A DNA stretch of 64,000 nucleotides, taken from positions 1,056,001-1,120,000 of the forward strand of contig CBDCRP010000003.1 in the NCBI GenBank assembly GCA_965221165.1, read 5' to 3'. The notes beneath the pieces are model-generated. The model made no database searches. It was given only the letters and a program-made list of their open reading frames with translations, and was not told where the DNA came from. Source of the DNA: a bacterium. GTDB lineage: Bacteria > UBA8248. Position 1 is the stretch's first letter, and every line of letters begins with the position of its first letter. The position numbers and the translations under genes were made by a program. This document shows, in pieces, positions 48,248 to 58,844 of this stretch.

Positions 48248-49432
48248 ATGCCATTCGCTCTGGATTACCACTGGCGATTCCGCTGGGGAACGGTCACATT
48301 TGCGTTATTCTTATCCGCGTGCTTTCTGGTGATCGGAGCCGACTCGGCTTTCGCGCGGGGGAAGCGTTCTCGCAACAAGGTCATCCCCTATCGCTCCATC
48401 CTATTGCTCGAAGCAGATACAGGGCGAGTCCTTAAGTCACATAATGAGCGGCTTGGCACGAGACCCGCCTCCATTGTGAAAATGATGACTGCATTACTCG
48501 CCATGGAACATATTAAGGGAAACATCATCCACTTCGATGAGATCATCACCGTCAGCAGACGCGCCTCGCGAATCGGAGGCCAGCAGGTTTATTTGAAGCA
48601 AGGAGAAAAATTTTCTCTAAGAGATTTGATGAAATCCATCATCATCAGTTCGGCAAACGATTCATCCTACGCCGTAGCGGAATACATTGCCGGAGATACT
48701 GAAGTTTTTGTCGAGATGATGAATCAACGCGCCAAAGAACTCGGTATGACGGACACTCACTTCGTCAACGTCAACGGGCTTCCCTCAGGCAGAAAGAAAC
48801 CGCCCAATCGAATGAGTGCGCGAGATGCCAGCATTCTTGCCCGCGAGTTAATAAAATATCCAGTGATCATGAAATGGAGTTCCACCAAAACAGCTCCTTT
48901 CCGGAACGGGAACTTCATCCTGACGAACACGAACAATCTCTTGGGGAAGTTTCGCGGGATGGATGGGCTAAAAACAGGCTATCACAGAAAAGCGGGATTC
49001 AGCATCGTTGCTACGGCCAAACGCAAAAATTTAAGACTGATTGCCGTTGTAATGGGTTCGAGCCACTCCAGACGCCGATTCAAAGAAGTCAAGCGTTTAC
49101 TCGCTTGGGGGTTCATTCAATATCGCTGGATCGACGTAAGCAGAATCAAAAAAACGAAACACGGGCAAATCAAGGTGCTTAACGGACACAAGCGAATGAT
49201 CCGTATCCGGCCCCGGGAAAATGTCAAGGCGTTGGTAAGACGAGGTGAGGAAGAACGCATATCTAAGAAAGTGGAGTTGCCTCAAGCGATACCCGCACCC
49301 ATCCGCACTGGTCAAAAGGTAGGCAGCATCACCTATGAACTAGGAGGCAGCAAACTTGGCAGGGTCGACCTTGTGGCCGCTGAATCGGTAAAGAAATTAG
49401 GTTTTTTCCAATCTTTGATTCGGTTCCGCTAA
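48248..49432 (+). CDS. D-Ala-D-Ala carboxypeptidase (PBP5/6 family)
   Basis: ASIVK (SxxK), SAND (SxN), GLKTGY (KTG). Confidence 0.94.
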   Translation: MPFALDYHWRFRWGTVTFALFLSACFLVIGADSAFARGKRSRNKVIPYRSILLLEADTGRVLKSHNERLGTRPASIVKMMTALLAMEHIKGNIIHFDEIITVSRRASRIGGQQVYLKQGEKFSLRDLMKSIIISSANDSSYAVAEYIAGDTEVFVEMMNQRAKELGMTDTHFVNVNGLPSGRKKPPNRMSARDASILARELIKYPVIMKWSSTKTAPFRNGNFILTNTNNLLGKFRGMDGLKTGYHRKAGFSIVATAKRKNLRLIAVVMGSSHSRRRFKEVKRLLAWGFIQYRWIDVSRIKKTKHGQIKVLNGHKRMIRIRPRENVKALVRRGEEERISKKVELPQAIPAPIRTGQKVGSITYELGGSKLGRVDLVAAESVKKLGFFQSLIRFR

Positions 49433-49450
49433 TACACGGCACAAACGAAA

Positions 49451-50647
49451 CTACCCAGGATGAACCTCTTTCATCCTACCCATAAAAGGCAGGGCGATTG
49501 TCATAAACATGAGCATCACCACTTCGGAATCACCAAAGTTGTATTCAAACATCCCGGCGCTCAAAAAACCCGCGGCCACGGCCAAACCGCCCACCATTCG
49601 AAATTGCGTTCCGAAAGGTGCAGCCCTCGTATCTCGAATTCGTTGAATCACCAAGATAAAATACCCGATCCAGGCCCAAACCCAAGCACCCAGAGCAAGA
49701 ATTCCTCGTTCAGCGGCCAAGTGCACGACATTGTTGTGTAAATTAACAACCGATTTCTCGATCGCTTTGGGGTTCACGTAGCGAGTATAATTGTTTTTGA
49801 TCTGGCCAGGCCCAAAACCCAGAAGTGTTTTCTCCCTTAACATTTGAATGCCGCTTTTCCACATATACATCCGCTCCACGGCCGTTTTGTCCTGAAGATT
49901 CATCATGCTCTTCACGCGCTGGCTTACGGAATGAGGCGCCATGAATATCACCACTGCTATCAACAGCGCCAAACATAAACCCGCCCTTCTACTTTTACTC
50001 GCCACAGCAACGACCACCAACCCCACTGCAAGTCCAACCCAGGCATTACGACTCAAAGTAGTCATCAATGCAGTGACAATTAATAGGGTTGCTGCATAGA
50101 CCCATATGCTTTTCCGTTCTCGAGTCGGTACCAAGATATATGAAAGCGCCAAAGTGCCGACTACAAGCAAAAAGCCACCGAGTGTCATGTATATGCTGAA
50201 AAAACCAGACATCCGATTATCCAGCGATAAGGGTAGTTGAAGAGAAATACCCAGGGTATATAAAGCGGTAATGCTCGTGGCTATGAAAAGCGCTTTCACC
50301 AACCAAAACGCTTCCCAGTCATCTTCGATGACGTTAATGGCCAAATAAAAAATCATAATTTGAGTCAATTCCCGCGCCTTTATCAGGCTTTTGATTGAAT
50401 CGACAGCATGAAAAGAGCTTGCGAAAGTCAAGATTGCGAAAAGGAGCCAAGGCCTCCACAACGGAAACTTCTGGGTTAGCAGGGGAGTTCCTTTGCTCAT
50501 TGCAATCAGCCACGTCACCATGGCCGTGAACACACAAATTTGAGCGAGTGATATCGAAAACGGGGCGCTGACGGCAAAACCAAAAAGCCCGCCAAACGCT
50601 ACCCGAGAAAGAGGTGAACGCCTCCGGAAGCGCTCCCAAAATTCCAT
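49451..50647 (-). CDS. O-antigen ligase (WaaL-like) family
   Basis: TLSRNAW, ERMYMW, GFGPG, LHNN..H...ERG. Confidence 0.88.
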   Translation of the reverse strand: MEFWERFRRRSPLSRVAFGGLFGFAVSAPFSISLAQICVFTAMVTWLIAMSKGTPLLTQKFPLWRPWLLFAILTFASSFHAVDSIKSLIKARELTQIMIFYLAINVIEDDWEAFWLVKALFIATSITALYTLGISLQLPLSLDNRMSGFFSIYMTLGGFLLVVGTLALSYILVPTRERKSIWVYAATLLIVTALMTTLSRNAWVGLAVGLVVVAVASKSRRAGLCLALLIAVVIFMAPHSVSQRVKSMMNLQDKTAVERMYMWKSGIQMLREKTLLGFGPGQIKNNYTRYVNPKAIEKSVVNLHNNVVHLAAERGILALGAWVWAWIGYFILVIQRIRDTRAAPFGTQFRMVGGLAVAAGFLSAGMFEYNFGDSEVVMLMFMTIALPFMGRMKEVHPG

Positions 50648-50805
50648 GCAGGAGTCTTTTAACTTGCTGATAAATTTCGTTCTCGGTCCAGTTCCTAAAG
50701 ACATTTGATTGCTTTTTCTACACGGTATTATCGCAAATAGTCAGGCGCACAGTGTCTACGCCCTGCCCATCGAAGGCGGATAGACTTCTGCACAAGTCAG
50801 TATTT

Positions 50806-51279
50806 TCAAGAACCCGCCTCCATGTCTTTAACAACTTCTCGGTAGAGATTTTCGGTCGCATCGACATTTGCTTCCCATGTAAATTTTAACGCGAGTGCAC
50901 GAGCGGCACTCCACATGGCGGTCATCTGCTCTTCATCCATACACAAAGAGATGAGACGAGAAATTTCATCCGTATTCGTGGGGTCGTCTAAAACGTAGCC
51001 CTCTTTTCGATCCGAGATTATTTCCGTTCCTCCATTTTGGGATGACAAAACACACGGTAATTCACTCGCTATCGCTTCCCGGCAAGCATTTACAAACAGA
51101 TCATAAAAGGTGGGAAACACAAAGGCATCGTCCTCGGAAACGATTCCCGACCTTTTCAAGATAACATCTTGAGCCAACATGAGAAGGCGGAAACTCAAAC
51201 TTTCAAACATATAAGAAATAGCCGGAATAGAACCCTCTAACCCCAAAAATCCGATTGAGCCGCGGGACCTATCTTCCAC
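50806..51279 (-). pseudogene. Degraded C-terminal remnant of GT4 (WaaG-like) glycosyltransferase
   Basis: FVFPTFYDLFVNACREAIASELP (degenerate Ex7E region); FTWE; no N-terminal domain. Confidence 0.7.
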
Positions 51280-51309
51280 CTAGCGGGACTATCCTTCGAA
51301 CAAATTACT

Positions 51310-53097
51310 CTACGGTATGTTTCCACCATTCGTTGCACTATTGATTTCACTGGGGAGGGACATTTCCTCGCTTGTGAACTGCATTTCATAGAGTCTTTGG
51401 TATAAACCACCCTGCTTCATCAGCGCATCGTGCGTCCCTCTCTCCACAATTCTTCCTCCATTAAGCACGATTATTAAATCAGCGTTTCGGACTGTGGAGA
51501 GCCTATGAGCCACCACGAATGTGGTGCGGCCCTTCATCAAAGGCTCAAGTGCCTCTTGAATCAACTGCTCGCTCTCTGTATCGAGCGCACTCGTGGCTTC
51601 ATCAAGCAGCAAAATAGAAGGATCTCTCAAAATCGCACGAGCTATAGCGATGCGCTGGCGTTCACCGCCTGATAAGCGTACCCCCTCCTCGCCCAGCATG
51701 GTCTCATACCTATTTTCAAGTCCCATAATAAAATCATGGGCATTGGCCGCTTTCGCCGCCGAGATTATTTCGTCACGGCCGACGGGTCTCTTCGCACCAT
51801 AGGCAATGTTGTTTTCCGCCGTATCATTAAACAAAATCACTTGCTGGGTTACCACGGCGACCTGGGCGCGCAAGCTGTTCAGCGAATATTGAGATGCCTT
51901 TTTCCCATCAAAAAAAATATTCCCCCGGCTAGGCAAATAAAAACGCGGAATCAAATCTAGCAGCGTGCTTTTCCCCGCTCCACTCATCCCTACAACAGCC
52001 AGGATGCAACCCGCCGGCACTTCGACATCGATATCCTCCAGCGTCGCTTCATCAGAGTAAGAAAAATGCACACCCTCGAATCGAACATGTTGAGAAAGCC
52101 GCTCCATCACTTCGCCATTCGGATTCTTATCCTCTGGAACATGCTCATCTATAGTTTCAAAGACCGATTGACCACCCGCAATTCCTTCCACCAAGCTATG
52201 AGACACACGGGTGAAGGATTTCAGTGGGCTATAAGCCATGCCAAGGGCGACGGCGAAACTCGTCAGCTTTCCTGGATCCATGCTCCCTTGAATGACTGCC
52301 CTGGCACCGAACCACAAAATCCCCGCCCCCAAAATACCGCCGATGATTTCCACCATCGGGGGCGCTAGCGACTGCACCCGCATGGCCCGCATAACGGTGT
52401 CAAAAAAAGAGCGGGTGGCGCGCACGAAACGGCTCTCTTCCTCATCTTCCGCTCCAAACGCCTTGACGACACGGATGCCCACATAGGTTTCCTTCATCAA
52501 ATTGCTCATGTCTCCCATGCGCTCCTGGCTTCTCCGGGTGATGCGGCGAATTTTCTCCCCCATCGTCAAGACTAAAAACGCCACCAAAGGAACGATTACG
52601 ATGAATATCACCGCCATTTTGGGACTTTGGTAAACAGCCACTCCAAGCAAGGCGATGAAGGTGAAGCCATGGCGGAATAAATCCCGCACGGAGTCTGTCG
52701 CCGCCCTTTGCATCAAAGAGATGTCATAAATGACTTTCGACATCAGCTCTCCGGTCGTCTTAGTTTCAAAAAACCGAAGTGGTAAATGAATAAGATGCCG
52801 GTGAAGCTCGTTTCGGATGTCCATCACCACGCGCTGACCGACCCAGCGCATGAAATAATTCTGCAGATAAGCGGCGGCACCTTTTACCAGATAGGCGATA
52901 ACGAGGGATAAACAAATCAATAAGACAACATCGGATCGCTTCGAGATTAAGATATCATTGATGAGATGCTGAACAAGGTATGCCGGGTATGCGTTCAGCC
53001 CACTTACGATAATCGTGCTGACTACAGCGATGCCGAACCTCAGTCTGTATGGGCGTAAATATACTAAAAGCCTGAGATAAACCTGGGTGCGGCTCAT
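51310..53097 (-). CDS. msbA: Lipid A export ABC transporter
   Basis: TM domain plus GMSGAGKST, LSGGERQR, DEATSALD; LPS cluster context. Confidence 0.85.
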   Translation of the reverse strand: MSRTQVYLRLLVYLRPYRLRFGIAVVSTIIVSGLNAYPAYLVQHLINDILISKRSDVVLLICLSLVIAYLVKGAAAYLQNYFMRWVGQRVVMDIRNELHRHLIHLPLRFFETKTTGELMSKVIYDISLMQRAATDSVRDLFRHGFTFIALLGVAVYQSPKMAVIFIVIVPLVAFLVLTMGEKIRRITRRSQERMGDMSNLMKETYVGIRVVKAFGAEDEEESRFVRATRSFFDTVMRAMRVQSLAPPMVEIIGGILGAGILWFGARAVIQGSMDPGKLTSFAVALGMAYSPLKSFTRVSHSLVEGIAGGQSVFETIDEHVPEDKNPNGEVMERLSQHVRFEGVHFSYSDEATLEDIDVEVPAGCILAVVGMSGAGKSTLLDLIPRFYLPSRGNIFFDGKKASQYSLNSLRAQVAVVTQQVILFNDTAENNIAYGAKRPVGRDEIISAAKAANAHDFIMGLENRYETMLGEEGVRLSGGERQRIAIARAILRDPSILLLDEATSALDTESEQLIQEALEPLMKGRTTFVVAHRLSTVRNADLIIVLNGGRIVERGTHDALMKQGGLYQRLYEMQFTSEEMSLPSEINSATNGGNIP

Positions 53098-53305
53098 CCG
53101 AAATTCTCTTGAAAATTCAACTTAGGTGTCATGTGAACCGGTTTGAAAGGCACACCTGCTCGGCTGGCATCTTTCTTCAGTTCTCTGCCCGGCTGCCCAA
53201 TTAGTAGAACCTCCTGCCCACGCTCGAGAAAAGAGACGGCCTTCAGCAGAATTTTCTTCTCCTGGCCACCCATATCCAAGGAGGTTTCTCTATGAACAAC
53301 ACTAA
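53094..53305 (-). pseudogene. N-terminal remnant of GT4 glycosyltransferase
   Basis: VVHRETSLDMGGQEKKIL...GQEVLLIGQPG resembles a GT4 N-terminus; truncated. Confidence 0.6.
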
Positions 53306-54123
53306 GGGCGATCACGTTCTCGACACAGCTCCCACAAAAAGGTGGCACGCATGAACACATAATAAGCGGAGCCGACTGATACGCATAATCCCTCAACCCC
53401 ATCCCGAAGGCCCATCTTCAAGACGTAGCTCTTGAAAAAACGCCAAAGTGGGCGGATGAAAAAATCACTAATGCCAGGCCGTACTCCCTCCGAGAATAAA
53501 TCTTCCGCCGACAACCTGGCGTATTCGACCTGTCTCTGGAAAAAATCTAAAACCGCGTCATAACTATAGTGTTCCAACGGGGCTGAAAGCACACCCACCC
53601 GTCCTCGCACCACAACGGACTCATGAACGCTTTTCCTGTTAAACACTCCTGTATCGCGTCGAAACAGTCGTATATGATAATCTGGCCAAAGCTCTCCATG
53701 GCGGAGCCAAGACCCAAAAAAGATATTTTTCAGGGGCATCCGGTACCCGTCTGCAGGACTATCGTCAGACAAAACAGAGAGAATCTCCTTTTCAAGCTCA
53801 GGACTCACGCATTCATCTGCATCCAGACTCAATATCCAGGAATGGCTCGCTTTGGAGATAGCGAAATTTTTTTGTGCGGAATGTCCTCGCCAAGGATTTT
53901 GAACGACCACTGCGCCACGCTTTCGGCATATTTCCTGGGTGTCATCTGTACTGCCTGCGTCCACAACAATAATTTCATCCGCCCAAGAAACACTATCAAT
54001 GCACGCACCGATGCGTTTTGCTTCATTGTGGGCCACAATCGTGACGCTAACAGGTTTCCTGGTTGACCCGGACACAGGCATTGGCCCTGCATCGGCATCA
54101 TCAGATGCCACCAAGCCAGACAT
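53302..54123 (-). CDS. GT2 glycosyltransferase (WaaE/KdtX-like)
   Basis: HNEAKRI, ADEIIVVDAGSTD, QKNFA, LDADE, VHE. Confidence 0.9.
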   Translation of the reverse strand: MSGLVASDDADAGPMPVSGSTRKPVSVTIVAHNEAKRIGACIDSVSWADEIIVVDAGSTDDTQEICRKRGAVVVQNPWRGHSAQKNFAISKASHSWILSLDADECVSPELEKEILSVLSDDSPADGYRMPLKNIFFGSWLRHGELWPDYHIRLFRRDTGVFNRKSVHESVVVRGRVGVLSAPLEHYSYDAVLDFFQRQVEYARLSAEDLFSEGVRPGISDFFIRPLWRFFKSYVLKMGLRDGVEGLCVSVGSAYYVFMRATFLWELCRERDRP

Positions 54124-54128
54124 CTTTG

Positions 54129-54326
54129 CTAGCCTCTCTCTTGAGCTTTCTCCCACTCATCAAGCGGGATGGCTTCGTCTACTAGCATGATGGGGATGCC
54201 ATCTTCGATTTTGTAGACCAACCCCGATTCCCGGGCAATCAAAAAATTTCCATCTCCACTTAATTCAAGCGAGGTCTTGGTGACAGGGCATGCCAATATT
54301 TCCAACAACTCTTTGTCCACGCTCAT
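54129..54326 (-). CDS. Trm112/YcaR family protein
   Basis: LLEILACPVTK...YKIEDGIPIMLVDEA. Confidence 0.93.
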   Translation of the reverse strand: MSVDKELLEILACPVTKTSLELSGDGNFLIARESGLVYKIEDGIPIMLVDEAIPLDEWEKAQERG

Positions 54327-54454
54327 ATTCCGTTTATCTCCACTTTGCAATCAAACATCCGAAACAACATCCACATTTTCAAATCAGTCAGCACGCTATT
54401 TGAAAATTGAAAGATAACCTAGTTCATTCAAAAAACTTCTTTAGTTTCGCATAT

Positions 54455-55516
54455 CTAGCGATGTTTTTCATGGACCGAATAGAGTTGGTTCAGCCCATCC
54501 ACCGCCTCTTCGATTTTCACACGCTCCAAACACTCGATATCAGGGCATTTCCTCGCATAACAACCACTGCAAGCGAGGCGGTGATGCAAAACCGAATGCC
54601 CTGACCCCCAAGGGCCATTTCTCACCGGTTCCGTAGGCCCCATGATCGTCAGGCATCGCACACCCATCGCAGCGGCGAGATGCATGGGGCCCGAGTCACC
54701 ACCCACGAAATAACCGCCACGCCGAATCAAAGCCATCATCTCGCGAATGTTCGTCGCAGGGGCAACATAAGGTCGTGTTTTCATGGCGCTCGTCACTTCC
54801 TCTGCTATCTTTCTTTCGTCCGGGCCCCATATCAGGAGAACATCTCCTATGTCACTCTCATGCCAATGATCAGCAAGTTGCGCAAAACGAGCGGGAGCCC
54901 AGCGTTTCGTCGGCCATCCACCTCCAGGATGAATCACCAATAAGGAGCGGCCGTCTATATGGCCCACGCTCTCCAAATACTTTTCCGCTTGCTCTCTTTC
55001 TTGCTGCGTTTCATGAAGGGAAAAGCGGTATTTCTCCCTTCGAGGAATGGGCAAACACAACGGCTTTAGGAGAGATAGATTCTTCTCTATCACATGATGT
55101 GGGTTTTTCGGGGGAAACACTTGGTGTGTTGTAAACAGTACGTTCATTCCCTCTTTACAAAAACGATGCTCAAACCCTATGCGCACAGGCGCTTTCGACG
55201 CCCATGCCAACAAACCGCTTTTGATTAACCCTTGGGCATCCAGCACCACATCAGCCCCTACATTTTTCACAGCACCGAGATCGCGCCTAAAAGTAGAGAA
55301 ACCGCTGGAGAGTATGTTTTTCCGCCATCCCTTGGTATCGATGGTCAAGACTTCATCTATATCTGAATTTTCAAGAAGTACTTCTCCTGGGGCCGGCTCA
55401 ACTGCCCAGGTGATATGAGAATCAGGCCGGGCATCCTTGATGGCCGACGCCAAGGGGAGCGCATGAACGACATCACCGATGGCGCCCAAGCGGATGATCA
55501 GGAATCGCTCACCCAT
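54455..55516 (-). CDS. waaC: LPS heptosyltransferase I (GT9)
   Basis: IIRLGAIGDVVHALP, DAQGLIKS, GGDSGPMHLAAA. Confidence 0.8.
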   Translation of the reverse strand: MGERFLIIRLGAIGDVVHALPLASAIKDARPDSHITWAVEPAPGEVLLENSDIDEVLTIDTKGWRKNILSSGFSTFRRDLGAVKNVGADVVLDAQGLIKSGLLAWASKAPVRIGFEHRFCKEGMNVLFTTHQVFPPKNPHHVIEKNLSLLKPLCLPIPRREKYRFSLHETQQEREQAEKYLESVGHIDGRSLLVIHPGGGWPTKRWAPARFAQLADHWHESDIGDVLLIWGPDERKIAEEVTSAMKTRPYVAPATNIREMMALIRRGGYFVGGDSGPMHLAAAMGVRCLTIMGPTEPVRNGPWGSGHSVLHHRLACSGCYARKCPDIECLERVKIEEAVDGLNQLYSVHEKHR

Positions 55517-56015
55517 CCGTGGCTGACCTCCTGATGCGCACACCGAAGTCCGTGGAAGAATGCTCTTTCGGGTCTCCACAAATAACGATTTTGCCTCCGT
55601 AGCTTCTTACCGTCTCCCGTTCGGGAACCGTATCTGCGGTGTAGTCTGTCCCTTTCGCATGCACATCGGGTTTCAAGGTGAGCAAAAGACTTGACACATC
55701 GAGCCCATCAAACAGCAAAAGGTAATCAATCGACTCCAGGGCAGAGAGGATTTCAAGACGTTCATTCTGCGGGACATACGGCCGGCCATTTCCTTTCAGG
55801 GCGCGTGCCGAAGCATCGCTATTGACCGCCACCACCAGAACATCCCCGTTTTCCTTCGCAGCGCGGAAATAGCGCACATGTCCAACATGAAGAACATCGA
55901 AACAACCATTGGCAAACACGATGCGCTTGCCATCTTGGCGCAATTTGTCCAGCACTGGTTTCAGGGAATTCATCGACATCCACTTTCCCTGGCACGCCTT
56001 TTCCTGGATGCTCAC
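55509..56015 (-). CDS. rfaE2: ADP-heptose synthase adenylyltransferase domain (stand-alone RfaE2)
   Basis: FANGCFDVLHVGHVRY, VAVNSD, KGTDY. Confidence 0.9.
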   Translation of the reverse strand: MSIQEKACQGKWMSMNSLKPVLDKLRQDGKRIVFANGCFDVLHVGHVRYFRAAKENGDVLVVAVNSDASARALKGNGRPYVPQNERLEILSALESIDYLLLFDGLDVSSLLLTLKPDVHAKGTDYTADTVPERETVRSYGGKIVICGDPKEHSSTDFGVRIRRSATDG

Positions 56016-57004
56016 TCATCATCCCCTTCGAACGTGGCGAGGAGTTCATGAGGCTCCACTACCGTCGTTCCCGCCTTCATCACCACCAATCCCGCCGCAC
56101 GATTCGCGATCTCCGCCGCTTCACGCATCGACGCGCCCGCGGCCAGGGATAGTGTCAACGTGGCAATCACCGTATCTCCCGCACCAGTCACATCAAACAC
56201 TTGATCTGATCCATAAATAGGAATATCTGATCTTGGAGAATTTTTCTCAAAGAGACTCATCCCCTTGTCTCCCCGAGTGATCAAGACTGCCTGGGCACCC
56301 GTTTTTTGGAGTAAAGTGACACCCGCCTCATCGAGATGATCTTCGTCGGGCCAATAGCCTAGCAGCCCTTCTACTTCTTCTTCGTTGGGCGTGATGGCGG
56401 TAATCCCTAAAAACGAATCTCCCGCATATCGACTGTCCGCTGTAACGATGATTTCCTTCGGTAATTTCTGGATCGCTGCTTTTACGCCTTCCGTCACGAC
56501 ACCCAAGCCATAGTCGGAAATCAGAAGAGCATCCAAGCCATCATTTGCTATTCGCTCAATTTCACAGACTATTTGGGATTCAAGCCTCTCCTTCAAGTAC
56601 AGTTTCTTTTCGCGGTCCACCCGAATCACCTGCTGACGTTTGGTGTTTCGGCCTCCCGCCATCACGCGTGTTTTCGTGGGAGTGATGTGCTCGGAATCTT
56701 CCCATAAAAGCTTGGTGTCGACTCTGCGCTTCACCATTTCATGACAAAGAGCCCTGCCCACTTCATCATCTCCCAACACGCCGATAGCCCTCACATTTCC
56801 ACCCAAGGCCGCCGCATTCATCGCCGCATTACCCCCACCGCCGGGAACAATCTCGCGACCGATAAAGTCCAAAACAAGAACGGGTGCTTCCCTGCTAATC
56901 CGAGAAGTAGCCCCATGGATAAATTCATCCGCGATGAAATCGCCAATCACCGCAACATGTAGAGATGAGAATTTTTGGATGTATTCGACCAGGTGTGAAC
57001 TCAT
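56012..57004 (-). CDS. rfaE1: ADP-heptose synthase kinase domain (stand-alone RfaE1)
   Basis: RISREAPV, TKTRV, ISDYGLG, TPNEEE, VFDVTGAGDTV. Confidence 0.9.
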   Translation of the reverse strand: MSSHLVEYIQKFSSLHVAVIGDFIADEFIHGATSRISREAPVLVLDFIGREIVPGGGGNAAMNAAALGGNVRAIGVLGDDEVGRALCHEMVKRRVDTKLLWEDSEHITPTKTRVMAGGRNTKRQQVIRVDREKKLYLKERLESQIVCEIERIANDGLDALLISDYGLGVVTEGVKAAIQKLPKEIIVTADSRYAGDSFLGITAITPNEEEVEGLLGYWPDEDHLDEAGVTLLQKTGAQAVLITRGDKGMSLFEKNSPRSDIPIYGSDQVFDVTGAGDTVIATLTLSLAAGASMREAAEIANRAAGLVVMKAGTTVVEPHELLATFEGDDE

Positions 57005-57005
57005 G

Positions 57006-57590
57006 CTAGTGATTCCCACCCTCGTTCAAAATGATTTCCACTGCTTGATAGGCATCTTGCGCCACGAAATCCGGCTGACGAGGCCACCGTGCTCCACGAA
57101 GCTCTCTTTCCCCTCGCCCATATCCTGTAAGCAAAAGACCTGACTTACAACCCGCGCGCCAGCCTGCTTCCAAATCGGAGTATTTATCCCCAAGCATGAC
57201 GGATTTTCCCAAATCAATATCGTGCTCTGCCGCCGCCTTCAAAATCATACCGGGATGAGGCTTGCGCATCTTGCAGTCGATCGCATAAGCGGGATCGTCC
57301 CCGTTTGGAACGTGTGGACAATAATAGATTGCGTCAAGTCGCGCGCCTTTGTCACTGAGTTCATCCTGAAGTTTGCAATGCACTTTTCCTAGCATGGATT
57401 CGGGAAAGTACCCTCTCGCCACGCCAGCTTGATTTGTAATCAAAATGGCAAGCCATCCCGCCTCGTTCACCTTTCGTACAGCTGCCGCCGCCCTGGGCAG
57501 GAGTTCATATACATCGAGGTGGGTGACATAACCCACATCACGGTTCAAGGTTCCGTCCCTGTCGAAAAATACCGCTGTTCTTTTCGTCAT
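57006..57590 (-). CDS. gmhB: D,D-heptose 1,7-bisphosphate phosphatase
   Basis: DRDGTLN, TNQAGVARG, YYCPH, RKPHPGM, GDKYSD. Confidence 0.92.
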   Translation of the reverse strand: MTKRTAVFFDRDGTLNRDVGYVTHLDVYELLPRAAAAVRKVNEAGWLAILITNQAGVARGYFPESMLGKVHCKLQDELSDKGARLDAIYYCPHVPNGDDPAYAIDCKMRKPHPGMILKAAAEHDIDLGKSVMLGDKYSDLEAGWRAGCKSGLLLTGYGRGERELRGARWPRQPDFVAQDAYQAVEIILNEGGNH

Positions 57591-57603
57591 ATCTTTCCTT
57601 ATT

Positions 57604-58650
57604 TCAAGTCTTGCGTGTCTCTATTTTTTTATGCAGCAGCTCGATGGCTTCGCCCACCACTTCTTCAGGCGTAATCTGCTTCATGCAATTGTGATGATGG
57701 AGAGGGCATGTTCTCTCGAAACATGGGCTGCAATCGAGATTCTTAGAAATGGTCCGATTCCAAAGACCTCTTGGCGCCGTTCGACGATAGTCGGTGGGAC
57801 CAAAGAGCGCGATTGTCGCAGTCCCAGCCAGTGCCGCCACATGAAGTGGCCCGGTATCGCCTGATATGAATACATCCAAATGAGATAGCAAAGCAGGCAG
57901 AGTCTCCAGGGTGTCTTCACCAGCCAGATTCACTGCTCGCCCACCAGACATCGCATTCAATTTCTCTGCAAGCGCCCGTTCATCAGGCCCACCCAATATG
58001 CAAACCCGCGCTTTCTCACGATTCATGAGTAGGTGGATTAGTTGTTCGAAGCATTCTAGTGGCCATGTCTTGGATTCACCGAAAAAAGCCCCGGGATGAA
58101 TCCCTACCAAAGGCGCGTTTTGCCCGATGAAGTGTCTTTTTAGTAAATTCTCCGCAAATTCCAGCGCCTGAGGTGTGATGAGGAAATCATCAACTTGCAC
58201 TTGGGTTTCGTGTCCTTCCGCCTCAAGAAGGCGAAGATAATAATCGACTAAATGAGGAACATTCGGAGCGGGAGCGACACGGTTGCTCAAAAGCCAACCT
58301 CTACCATCGGTGCTGTATCCGATCCGGCACCTTGCTCCTACCCATTTAGCCATTAGAGCCGCACGAAAACTATTGGGCAGAATCCAAGCATAATCTATCA
58401 TCTCGCCTCTTAACATCTTCTTTAATGAAAAGAAGCTTCCCCATTTTCTCCCATCGACCGATAAGACCCGATCTATCCAGGGAAAACTTCGGAGCAGCCC
58501 GGAAGTCCAAGGACCTGCCGCCGCTATCAGCCTCGCCTCGGGACATGCTTTCCTTAAGGATGAAAAAAAAGGAGCGGACATGGCCGTGTCGCCTATCCAT
58601 GTGGGTGTTACCACAAGATGCAACTCCCCCCTATGGACATCATCGCTCAA
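57604..58650 (-). CDS. waaF: LPS heptosyltransferase II (GT9); start uncertain
   Basis: PTWIGD, LPNSFRAA, HPGAFFGESKTWP, DTGPLH, CSPCFERTCP. Confidence 0.85.
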   Translation of the reverse strand: MSDDVHRGELHLVVTPTWIGDTAMSAPFFSSLRKACPEARLIAAAGPWTSGLLRSFPWIDRVLSVDGRKWGSFFSLKKMLRGEMIDYAWILPNSFRAALMAKWVGARCRIGYSTDGRGWLLSNRVAPAPNVPHLVDYYLRLLEAEGHETQVQVDDFLITPQALEFAENLLKRHFIGQNAPLVGIHPGAFFGESKTWPLECFEQLIHLLMNREKARVCILGGPDERALAEKLNAMSGGRAVNLAGEDTLETLPALLSHLDVFISGDTGPLHVAALAGTATIALFGPTDYRRTAPRGLWNRTISKNLDCSPCFERTCPLHHHNCMKQITPEEVVGEAIELLHKKIETRKT

Positions 58651-58844
58651 ACCCGATTCCCCCACTCGATACACAGCCTTACATCGAATCTTGGAAAATA
58701 GAAACAACCAAAACTCCACTTTTTTCAACGCTATCAACCGATACTATGAGCGTCAATGAGCATAAAAACACACTTTACAATCTAAGAACTGCTCATATAG
58801 TGTGGTATGAGAGCATGGAATGCCCGCCTCTCAGAGGATCCCCT

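Noticed and set aside
58425-58844. Long N-terminal extension of LptF
   Set aside because: Overlaps waaF on the opposite strand; LptF similarity begins at TTG 58845, which has an RBS
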